Positions 43,001 to 51,702 of a DNA stretch of 64,000 nt are shown one piece after another. Within the stretch, counting starts at the first letter, position 1; every line of letters starts with the position of its first letter. The translations under genes and the position numbers were made by a program. The notes beneath the pieces were generated by a model. The model was not told where the DNA came from, ran no database searches, and saw nothing but the letters and a program-made list of their open reading frames with translations. This DNA is from an uncultured Planctomycetaceae bacterium (GTDB lineage Bacteria > Planctomycetota > Planctomycetia > Isosphaerales > Isosphaeraceae). The stretch is from contig CAWIAD010000002.1 of NCBI GenBank assembly GCA_963833985.1, positions 1,792,001-1,856,000 of the forward strand, given 5' to 3'.

Positions 43001-44557
43001 GTCCTTGAGAAGGTAGCCCTCCGCCTTGAGAGATTCGTAGAGCGCGCGGTCGAAACGCGGCTGGCCCGGGTTTGCCTGGCGGGCCCTTTCCCACATCTTG
43101 GCGAGCAGGACCTGGAGCGTGGACGACAGCGCCGATCCGGCGTCGGCCAGCAAATCCTCGGCAATCACTGCGGGCAAGCCGTCCTCGATCTCCAGCCGGT
43201 ACTGCCGCTGGAGCCGGCCGGGCCGTGACGGGCCCTGGATCGCGCTGATGATGCCGCGCCGGTCGAGCGGCTTCAGGAACATCGGCGAGCGGGGAAGCCT
43301 CGCCTCGGCCAGCCGGCGGTCCAGCTCTGCCAGCCACTCCTTGCGAAACCCCAGCACCAGCTTGCCGCGCGGACGAAGCTCGCGATTGCCCAGCGTGGCC
43401 GCCAGCGCCGCCATGAACTCGTCAAGCTCGCGCGGCCGATCCGGGTCGGGCCGTGTGAACACCTCTTCCACCTGGTCCAGGAAGACCACCACGGGCCGGC
43501 CCGAGCTTGCCTCCGCGGACCGCCACGCCGCGTTCAGGGCGGTCAACTCGTCCGCGAGCCCGAGCGCATCGCCCAGCGAGCCCAGCAGGCCCTTCTTTTC
43601 ATCACGCCGGCGATAGCGAACCAGGCTGCCGCCGGTCTCCAGGCGCGGCACGAGCCCGGCGTCCAGCAGCGACGACTTGCCGACGCCCGATGTCCCGTAC
43701 AGCAGCAAGATCGGCGGCCCGGCCGGGTCAATGATCTCCTCGTACAATTCCCGGATCTGGTAGCCGCGACCGAAGAAGACCTCGGCATGCTCGGCCGTGA
43801 ACCAGTTCAGATGCCGGAACGGGCTCTCGGGCAGATCGCGCTCGGGCAGGCGTGGGAGGCCGAATTCCGGATGACCGGCCGCATCCGGCAAGCTCCAGCG
43901 CTCGACCAGCTCGGTCCCGGGCCGGAATTCCCACGGGAACCCGTGGTCGTCGGCCGGATCTGAGTTCGCCGTTTCCGCGGTCGTGCCGAAGTCGCGCTGC
44001 CCGTAATAGGCCTCGGGCACGGTGTCGTGGGCCGCCAGGACTCGTCCCCTTGCCCTTTCGAACGCGGCGCGGAGCGGGAATCCGGCGGCCAGCTCAGTAT
44101 AAAAGGCCACGGCGAAGGCGCGTGCCTTGCCATCGTCGATCGCGCGCGCCGTGGCGATCACGGCGGCGACGCCCGCCTGGAGCAGCCGCGCCACCTGGCC
44201 GCGGGTCGAGCAGCCGTTGAGAAAGACCAGTTGCAAACCGCCGCAGTGGCCCAGGAACGTTGCCAGCCCGTCCGCATGCGCCGGGGCTGCTCCCGCGTTC
44301 GATTCCAGCAGCAACCGGCCGCTGTCGGCATGCCCGGCGTAGTGCAGAATGGTGACCTGGTCACGGTTCAGGGTGAAGACGTCGAAGATCTGGTCCAGGG
44401 TCGCGTTGGAAAGCACTTCCAGGCGGCAGAGTCCGTCATGCTGCGCATCCTTGAGAATGCCTTGAAGCTGTCGCAGTTCCTCGGGCAAGTCCCTCAGGTA
44501 ACGCCGGCCCTCCTGCTCATTCGCAAAAGCCAGAACAACGATCGGCAGCTCTGCCAT
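40052..44557 (-). CDS. CHAT protease - STAND (nSTAND1-like) NTPase - coiled coil - TM - helical region - FGE/SUMF1 domain protein
   Basis: ILHYAGHA and VFLNGCST (CHAT dyad); Walker A GTSGVGKSS; Walker B VFLDQVEEVF; RLAHDLL; TM YLLGAAAAIMVLVASIAAM; RLPTEAEWEYACRAG, FGLFDMHGNVNEW, RGGSF and VGFR. Confidence 0.9.
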   Translation of the reverse strand: MAELPIVVLAFANEQEGRRYLRDLPEELRQLQGILKDAQHDGLCRLEVLSNATLDQIFDVFTLNRDQVTILHYAGHADSGRLLLESNAGAAPAHADGLATFLGHCGGLQLVFLNGCSTRGQVARLLQAGVAAVIATARAIDDGKARAFAVAFYTELAAGFPLRAAFERARGRVLAAHDTVPEAYYGQRDFGTTAETANSDPADDHGFPWEFRPGTELVERWSLPDAAGHPEFGLPRLPERDLPESPFRHLNWFTAEHAEVFFGRGYQIRELYEEIIDPAGPPILLLYGTSGVGKSSLLDAGLVPRLETGGSLVRYRRRDEKKGLLGSLGDALGLADELTALNAAWRSAEASSGRPVVVFLDQVEEVFTRPDPDRPRELDEFMAALAATLGNRELRPRGKLVLGFRKEWLAELDRRLAEARLPRSPMFLKPLDRRGIISAIQGPSRPGRLQRQYRLEIEDGLPAVIAEDLLADAGSALSSTLQVLLAKMWERARQANPGQPRFDRALYESLKAEGYLLKDVLDEGLKAIGRWNPEVEHSGLALDLLLYHTTDLGTAAQQTCEALHARYAHQAGVLDGLLGKCKDHYLIVEAEPVAGTTTRSTRLAHDLLAPLVQQRFRISVAPGQRARRLLENRVPDWVDGKTGPCLDRADLATVLEGASGMRGWTGVEERLVMASRDEDERVKTQEAEEARRLHEAEEGRLKAEAQARQEAEHRLAEQQTANEQQLEANQRLEEANLKQKQTNTRLRQGTYLLGAAAAIMVLVASIAAMEWSDARTKGNNLSDSLLKLTSEKKVRSLAQAEELLEADPQAVPDILKSVRESDEAMDRLRGVRSKEGASTKERGRAALALLDRDPAEVDFLLQQVLTADSDPEELLLVRDYLRPYLSQETVERLWQTVKNTKSVPELRLRHAAVVAAFSDQDTRWGQVAERVVADVLAVNALQLGGWTDAFRLVKKQLIPSLEVKFNEGQPHEREVAATILNDYAADDIVKILTLLKNADTQQFRILFSRARANPEEAVRSMTDEVAFDLLKQADARQFPIVFAKARDHPGAAVRSMKNELGKKAPLKSIYKQKDELAGRQANALITLAMLGQTDRLWPALRQSPEPRLRTYLIERMGRLGVDFKLLASHLFEEQEPSIRAAIVLALGEFPYELRTGEMNRTLTAKLLDAYAHDPEPGFHSALAWLLPNLLCFDGVAVDESLAGKPPGPRQAWYVNKQGQTFVIVKNPGVFVMGSPDEENELGRNPNERQHHRRIPRSFAIGTREVTVADYLRFLDDPAAQEAKANFVYADLQSYSPRRTGPILSVTWFEAAQYCRWLGEQEGLPEKEQCYPPIPRIKEGMELFADHLTRTGYRLPTEAEWEYACRAGAETPWAFGSDSALMKDFAWFLDNSITKNLRQQAQEGGQKKPNAFGLFDMHGNVNEWCSDRRPTYPATDGPPVDDLGSERTDRTVLDVDSRVYRGGSFGELALNLRAAYRDATRPTSRWTAVGFRIVRTYPPKPG

Positions 44558-44738
44558 ATTCCTGACCCCCGAGCCAGCCGGCCGGGAGCCCACGGCGGCA
44601 CGCTGGCGCATGGCAACATGAGAACGGGCGGCGACCGATGCGCCGCTGCCCCGCACGGACTCCGGCCGCCGTCGGGTTCACGCCGGTTCTCCAGGCCGTG
44701 CGTGACCACCGGCCGCCCTCGAAGCCCCTGCGCTGGCT

Positions 44739-44912
44739 TCACTGCTCAATGATCTCGATGTTCTCCTGAACCTCGCTGATGTTCTCCTGAACCTCGCTGA
44801 ACTGTTCGATAAACTCTTGTCCCTGGGGTGTATTGATCACCTCGACGTTCTCGGTTACCTGGGTGATCTGCTCTCTCACTTCGATGATCTCTTCTTCAAA
44901 GAATTCCGGCAT
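44739..44912 (-). CDS. 57-aa acidic E/Q/I/V-rich peptide with heptad repeats (absent from the ORF track)
   Basis: Manual translation MPEFFEEEIIEVREQITQVTENVEVINTPQGQEFIEQFSEVQENISEVQENIEIIEQ; GGAG 9 nt before the ATG; in-frame 21-bp tandem duplication at 44757-44798; GAAGCC/GGCTTC hairpin at the stop. Confidence 0.72.
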   Translation of the reverse strand: MPEFFEEEIIEVREQITQVTENVEVINTPQGQEFIEQFSEVQENISEVQENIEIIEQ

Positions 44913-45174
44913 GACGATATGCTCCGGCTCTCAAGTGGATGGCGGCGCGGAAAGTAGCCCTCCAAGGAATATCAGCGACTCCCTTCCCGGGCGAAATTCC
45001 TGCCGGAAGAATCTCGTGGAAGTGTACGTGCGTGATGGTTCGGCCTCTCCTTTTCACGGTTGCGCTGAAGGCGTCTTGCCCGTTCCGATGCGGGTGGTGG
45101 CTTGACTGACCTGGCTGCCGTAGCATGGTCGGGCCGTACGTCGTGAGCATCCATCTCCGTCTGCGCGAGTGAAC

Positions 45175-45870
45175 ATGATCAGGGTACCGATCAAGTCGAG
45201 GGAAGGCGTCTACCGCGTCATGCGGACGAGGGTGCCGCGCACCCGAACGTTTTTTCTGTACCGCCAGGCCGAGGCCAACGACAAAGCCTGGCTCCAGGCT
45301 CTTTACGCCGCCATCTGCAACCTGGTGCAAGCCCATCCCGAAGCAAGGTCGCATCGCGCCGTGGCGCTGATGGCGGAAGTTTCTGCCCAAGGATCCCGCG
45401 CAGCGCGAACACTCAAATTTTCGTTCTCCGATGCGAAGCAGCGCTCGCTCTTCGAACAGGTGCTCTGGACCTTCTTCTTCGACCAGCCCGACACCTGGGA
45501 AACCTCGTGGCCGGAACCGGGCCAGGACGACGCGGAATACGTCGCGGTACGCGCCGGCCGGATTGCGCAACATCCCGCGGATCCGCGTCAGATGGCCCCT
45601 GCCGCCCGTGCCGCCAAAGCGCGCAGCCGCGGGCTGGACGCGGCTCCGGCGGCTACGACAGCCGTGGCGTCCGACGATGAGCTGAAAATCGGGGATATCG
45701 TCAAGGTTGTCGAGGGCCGGTACACCGGCCTCATTGGCCAGGTGGTAGCCATCCCGGTCGTGGGAGGGTTCGAGCGCTATACGGTCCGGCTGCCCGGCGA
45801 CGACCAGTATTATGACGTGCCGAATTTTCCCGCCTTCGCGCTCGAGAAGGTTTCCGCACCGGCGCATTGA
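45175..45870 (+). CDS. Hypothetical protein with C-terminal KOW motif
   Basis: LKIGDIVKVVEGRYTGLIGQV matches the KOW consensus; Ala-rich linker; unrecognised N-terminal domain. Confidence 0.65.
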   Translation: MIRVPIKSREGVYRVMRTRVPRTRTFFLYRQAEANDKAWLQALYAAICNLVQAHPEARSHRAVALMAEVSAQGSRAARTLKFSFSDAKQRSLFEQVLWTFFFDQPDTWETSWPEPGQDDAEYVAVRAGRIAQHPADPRQMAPAARAAKARSRGLDAAPAATTAVASDDELKIGDIVKVVEGRYTGLIGQVVAIPVVGGFERYTVRLPGDDQYYDVPNFPAFALEKVSAPAH

Positions 45871-45877
45871 CCGCGCA

Positions 45878-47398
45878 TCAAGGCAAGATCCGCTGCCCGA
45901 CGGCCGTGTTCAGCTTGAGCATGCTGCGGCGGTGCTGGATCTTCAGCTCGTCAAGCTTCGCGAGCTGGTTATCGTCGTCATCCGCGATGAGCCGTTGCAG
46001 GCGCTCCAGTAGCATGAGCATCTGAAGATCCGGCGTCCGTCCCCCTTTCTCGAACCGCTTCATGAGCGGCTTGATCACCAGGCCCTCGTCGGAGAGGGTC
46101 TCCGGCCTGACGCGCTCGACGGCCCTGAGCGTGAACTCGTGCTGACGGTAAGCCCGCCGCACCTCGGACTCGACAACGTTTTCCAGCCAGAGAAGCTGGG
46201 TTCGCGCCTGCGCGGCCATCGCCCCCGCCTTGGCGATGTTGCCTTGCTGCCGGTTGTAAATGGGCAGCGGGACCGTCACGCCCAGCGCCCAGGCGAGCGT
46301 ATTCTGGGGAGCGACGTTCGGAATGCCGGTGTAGAAGGTGTAGGGCTGGTACATGAGCAGGGCGTCGTCGAACCGGTTGGCGCGCGCCGCGGCGATATCG
46401 GCCTGGGCGCGTGCCACGTTGAGACGCAGGGTCACAAGGTCCGGGCGCTGAGCGAGCGCCAGCCGGATGAGCTCATCCTCCGGTGGCAGCGGGGGCTCGT
46501 CCCGGCGAGTGAAGTGCACCCGGCCGTAGAGGCCCCGTTCCTTGAGCTCCCTGGGCGGCAGGTTCAACTGGAGGGCGAGCGTGCTCATCGCCTCCTCGTA
46601 GACCTCGCTCGCGTCTTCACGATCGATCGCCGAGAAGAGACTGGTGTTCTCCCCGCGCCCCTTGAGCAGATCAGGGTTTTTCCGCTCTTCAAACTCGACA
46701 TTCCGCTGAGCCAGCAAGGCGTCCACGTAGGCGGTGTACAGGTTATCGATCGCGAGCCGGACGAGGTCGCGGTACTTCGCCTCGACGGCGCGCTTGTTCC
46801 ACCACGCCGATTTCATGCGTGCCTGGCGCTTGTGAGACAGATCCAGCGGGTGCACCAGGTTGAAGTCGTACTGATTGGGTCCTCCGGACGTCTGACTCGT
46901 GTATTTTCCATAGGGGACGCCCTGGGTGTCGACATAGGCGATGGGATTGGTGCGCAACCCCGCCGTGATCAGGTCGGCCTCGGCCTGGGAGATGTCGCAG
47001 CGACTCTGCGCCAGCTCAAGGCTGTTGTGCAACAAGATGTCGATGGCCAGGTCGAGCGTGATGCCTTCGGGCTTGCCGAAGACCGGCTTGAGCGCCGGCA
47101 GGCCGGGACGAGGACGCGCGGGATCGGGATCGAGCGGCAAGGGCAGATCGCGGGGCGTCCGGACCCGGGGAATCTTCAGGTTGGCGGGATCGGATGGGCC
47201 AAAATCGACGGGCGGAAGGACCCCGAACCCCGGCTGCGTCCGTCCCACCGACGGACCCGGCTGGCCGCCGACCAGACCTTGCGGGCCAGATTGACGGGGG
47301 TTGACCAGCGACTCGCGCGCTGCCTGCGCGCGGGCCGAACCCGATCCCGCAAGCAGGACGGCCAGAAGCGCTGTTGCCGCCAGTGCCCGCTCTTCCAT
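45878..47398 (-). CDS. TolC/outer-membrane efflux family protein
   Basis: Signal peptide, ITAGLRTNP, ALAQRPDL and VTVPLPIYNRQQGNI. Confidence 0.85.
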   Translation of the reverse strand: MEERALAATALLAVLLAGSGSARAQAARESLVNPRQSGPQGLVGGQPGPSVGRTQPGFGVLPPVDFGPSDPANLKIPRVRTPRDLPLPLDPDPARPRPGLPALKPVFGKPEGITLDLAIDILLHNSLELAQSRCDISQAEADLITAGLRTNPIAYVDTQGVPYGKYTSQTSGGPNQYDFNLVHPLDLSHKRQARMKSAWWNKRAVEAKYRDLVRLAIDNLYTAYVDALLAQRNVEFEERKNPDLLKGRGENTSLFSAIDREDASEVYEEAMSTLALQLNLPPRELKERGLYGRVHFTRRDEPPLPPEDELIRLALAQRPDLVTLRLNVARAQADIAAARANRFDDALLMYQPYTFYTGIPNVAPQNTLAWALGVTVPLPIYNRQQGNIAKAGAMAAQARTQLLWLENVVESEVRRAYRQHEFTLRAVERVRPETLSDEGLVIKPLMKRFEKGGRTPDLQMLMLLERLQRLIADDDDNQLAKLDELKIQHRRSMLKLNTAVGQRILP

Positions 47399-47553
47399 GG
47401 CAGTGAGACCGCATCCCATGCACCGCGCCGAGTCCCTCCTCCTTGAACCTTGACTCGGCCGTGCTTTCACCCATTCTTTCGGTCTTGTGGCCTCCGCAAA
47501 TCCAGAAAAGCCGTTCCTTCCGCTGGCACCGGCTCACTTCGCCCCGTGCGATT

Positions 47554-50500
47554 TCACTCCACGGTCATGATCCCGTTCATGACCATCCAGTGGCCCGGGA
47601 AGGTGCAGAGGTACGGATACCGGCCCGTAGCCGCCGGAGCGCGGAAGGAGATCGTGAAGTCACTTCCCGGGTTCACGATGTCCATGTAAACGAGGATGTC
47701 GTCGCTGCGGGGGATGTAGTGACGGGCCGCGGCGTCGGGCTCGGCAATGATCTTGTTCACGAGGTCGCCCACTTTTTCGAGCGTTCCCGGACGCGCGAGG
47801 GCCCAGTTGTGCGGCACGACGTCAGGGTTCGAGAAGGTCAGCTTGATCGCCTCGCCGGCATGCACTCGAAACGAGGTCGGCAGGAAGCTCAGGTTCGGGC
47901 CGGCCGCAAGATGAATCTCGCGTGCGCCGCGGATGGACGCGCGCCACGGATTGGGAACCTTCGGAGCGCTCGAGCGCTGCCATGTCGGCGAGCATGGGAT
48001 GCGCGGCGATGATCTTGACGGTGGGCCGATAGCCGGGGTACCCGGTGAACGCCGGTGCCAGCCGGTGGACCGTGGCATACAGGTCATGGGGGTCGCCGGA
48101 ATCCACCCGCAGGTGGAGATGAAGCTGGCTGACCGGCTGGAGCTCGGGAATCTCAAGGAAGAGAGTCTTGCCGTCGCCCAGGAGATGTGCCGAGGCGACG
48201 GTGAGCGGATCGTGGCCGGGCAGGCCCGGATGGCGGGGTGAGAGCTCGGGAGATCCGTATCCGCTGCTGTAGTGATAATTCCAGGCCTGCACGAAATGGT
48301 TGCGCGGCTGCTCGGCAACCGCGCGATCGAGCGGCTGGCTGAAGGTCACAAGCACACCGTTCTCGACGGCGTGCCAGGCGAGCGGAAGCTGCGCGGGGCT
48401 ACCCGTATAACGCACCCGCTGAAAGCAGCCGTCCTGGCTGGTGTACGTTCCCCAGCCGGCCATGCCCGTGACGTAAAGCTGTCCATCCGCCGGGTTGAAG
48501 CGTCCGCGGTGCACGCCCGAATCAAAATCGCCGGGTAAGGGGACGACGGCCCCTTGAGGTTGCCCGTCGACCTGGTCGCGCAGCACCAGAAAATGGGTTC
48601 CCGCGCCGAAGGAGAAGTGGATGAGCTGGCCCTTGAGCGGGCCCCAGCGGTCGGAGGTCACCTCCACCTGGGCGGAGCTCGAATTGTCCAGCCCGCGCGG
48701 CAGGTAGACCAGCGGCAGGTCCGGCGCGCGGCCGTGGAGCGGTCCGCCGTAGCCGTAGTGCCCTCCCGGCTTGACCTCGCAGATCATCGACGCGGGCACC
48801 CAGTCCCCCTCGGAATTGGGCACGGTCAGGACGCCGCCGGAGCACAGGCCCAGGCCGTCGGGGTTCCGGAAGCCCGTGGCCAGAACGTCGACTGATCTGC
48901 CGTCCGGTGCAATCTTCAGCAGCCCTTGCTTTCCGGATACCGTGTAGAAGTTGCCGGCAGCGTCGTTCTGAAGGCCGCAGATGAAGTCGTGGCCGGCGGG
49001 AGAGGTCTCGTAGGCGTTGCTCACGCATTCGTAGGCATCGGCCTCGCCGTCGCCGTTGAGGTCGCGCAGCCGCGTGATCTGGTCGCGGCCCAGCACATGG
49101 ACGGCGCCATCGGCCACCACCAGCCCGAGCGCCTGGTGCAGCCCCGAGGCGAACCTCCGCCAGCGCACTGCGCTGAGGCTGGAATCAAGACCCTCCACGT
49201 GCCAGACGTCGCCCTGCATGGTGCAGAGCATGGCCGAGCCATCAGGTAGAAAATCATGGTCGCCGAAGAAGAGGGGGACTTTCCAAGGGTTCTCGAAAGG
49301 AGGCCCGATCGTGTCGATCGCGTAGGGCTGGCCCTGGCCGAGCGTGCCACGGGTGGTCAGCACCTGCGGCCATTGCGCGGGGCCTCCACGCGTCAGCCTT
49401 GCGAGCGAGTCATCGGTGGCGGGAACGACCCGCCGCGCGAACTTGCCGTCCTCCACCCAGGCCGAGTCGAGCCGCTCCTCGCCGCCGATCCGGTACGCGA
49501 AGACCACTCGCTTGCCGTGCCGGAAGAAACCATGGTAGACGAAGGGCTGCGTGGGCCGGCTGCCGGGCGGGCGGGACAATGGGGTGCCGCTCAGGATCAG
49601 GCCGTCCATGAAACCATGCCGGGTTGCCGAGAACTTGACGAAGCCGCCCGACCAGAGGGCCTCGTAACAAAGCGTCTCGGGGTTGAAGCAGGCGCTCAGC
49701 TCGCCATGGTCGCCCAGGCGAACGCAGACGCCTTTCGGCACGACCACACCGGCCCCTCGGAAAACGCCACTGAGCACCGAGCCGAGCTCCGTATCATTCC
49801 AGCGCGGGTCGGCCCAGCTCTGCTCGTTCTGGTTGCCCCAGTGGCCATGTGAACCGCCGTCGAGCCCGGGATAGGGGGGCAAGAGCATCGGTAGGGGAGA
49901 CTGCTTGCGGAAGTACTCGGCCTCCTTCGCGTAGTAGTCATAGATCCGCTCGCGATTGACCGGCTGCTGCCAGTTCGGCCGGGCTTCGGGGTGTAGGGGA
50001 GCCCGGTCAAAGGGGAAGGTTGCAGCCGCGTGCGGCTGGTGGGCCATGGCCGTGACAGCCGCACTGCCGGGCTTGCCCAGGTCCATCAAGAAGCGGACCA
50101 GGTCGCGGCGATCGCGGGCCGTCATGGTGGCCGCGATCCCCTCCGGCATCAGGCTGCCGACGGTACGCAGCTCTTCGATGGATGCGCGCGGAACCTGCAA
50201 ACCGGTGCCGGTGGTGGCCTCGGTGAGCGTGATCGCGCGCGATCCTGCGCACGTGGATAGCCCTGGATGACCTTGCCATCGCTGGTCGCCAGCGCGATGG
50301 CCTCGTATCCCGTCTTGACCGTACGGCGCGGCCAGAGCACCGACTCGACAATTTGCTCGGGGGTCAGGCAGACGCCCGCCGTGGTCAGCTCGGGTCCCAC
50401 GATCCCTCCCGCGGCTCCCACCTTGTGGCACGACGTGCAACTGAAGCGCGGGTCCGAGAAGACCTCGGCCCCGTGGCGAGGATCGCCCGCGCTCCGGGCC

Positions 50501-51570
50501 TCGGCCACCAGGGCGGCCACCAGGGCGGCTTCCCTGGCCGGCAAGTCCGCCGCGCGGGCGGGCCGCGGAGCCACCGGCGTGCGCGGTACGGGTTTCGGGC
50601 CGGGAGGCTTGCCCTCGAGCTGGGGGAGCAGCCAGTCCAGGCCGTCCAGGTTGTCGCGCAGCCGGGCCTCGGCGTCGTCCTGCGTGTGGCCGAGGATGCC
50701 GATCGGGCCGCGGTAGCCGCTGTCGCGGATGATCCGCAGCAGCTCCAGGTCGTGCTCGCCCTGGCCCAGCGGCAAGATCTTGCGGCCCACCCTGTCGCCC
50801 CCCCTGTCCATGCCGTTGAGATTGAGCGCCCGCAGGTACGGCTTCATGGACTGGAGCAAGGCAGGGAACCGGTCGATATGCTCGTGGCCGTGGTGCAGGT
50901 TGTAGACCATTCCGACGTTCTTCACACCCGCGGTCTCGAGCCGTTTGATGATCGCGATCTGGTTCTCCGGCTCGCCGAACCAGCCGCCGTGGTTATAGAG
51001 CGCCAGCGTGCAACCGATTTTCTCGGCCTCGACTGCCAGGGGACGCAGCTTCTCCGCGGCGACGCTGATCCTACGCTCCTGCTCGGCGCCGCTGGCTCGG
51101 TCGCCGCCCAGGTCCAGCAAGACCCAGAGCTGGGCCTTGATGGCATGGCGACGCAGCAGGTCGAGGATGATCCGCGATTCGCGGTTCAGCTCGCCGGGAG
51201 CCACCCAGAAGGCGTCCAGCGCGATGCCATGCCGCTTGAGCGCCTCGACCTCGGCGTCGAAGCTGGGAATGTGCTCGGCGCGCCAGTCGTAAGCGAAGTG
51301 CTTGAAGCCAAGGCGCTGAAGCATGGCCGCACGCTTCTCGGGCCCGCGCTGCTTCGCATCGAACGGCACGATGCACCAGGCGATCAGGTTGTCGCGCGCG
51401 AAGAGCGATTGAGCCGGTTTCTCGTCCCGCGCACCGGCTGGCTGATCCGGACCGGTCACGGCGCAGCGCCCCACCAGGCCCGTGCCCGGCACGAGCGCCA
51501 GGAACAGAGCACCGCGGCCGACGAGATCAACGAGGTCGCGCCGGGTTTTTCCGATGGAAAAGCAGATCAT
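47554..51570 (-). CDS. Large multidomain redox protein: xylose-isomerase-like TIM barrel + c-type heme + beta-propeller-like region + azurin/plastocyanin domain; frameshifts near 50255 and 47965
   Basis: LYNHGGWFGEPENQ, CTSCH, SLMPEG, ATGFRNPDG, VPHNW and YLCTFPGHW..M across ORFs 50149..51630, 47822..50440 and 47554..48318. Confidence 0.8.
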
Positions 51571-51702
51571 GCAGCAGTCCTTCAAGGCCAGCGCCGCCGC
51601 AGCTTGCTCGAGGACGGACTCCGCGAGCACCAGCGTCGAGATCGCTTCAAGCTATCTTGCCTGGTGCGAGATCGCAACCGATCGACTGCCGCGCCGCGGC
51701 GC

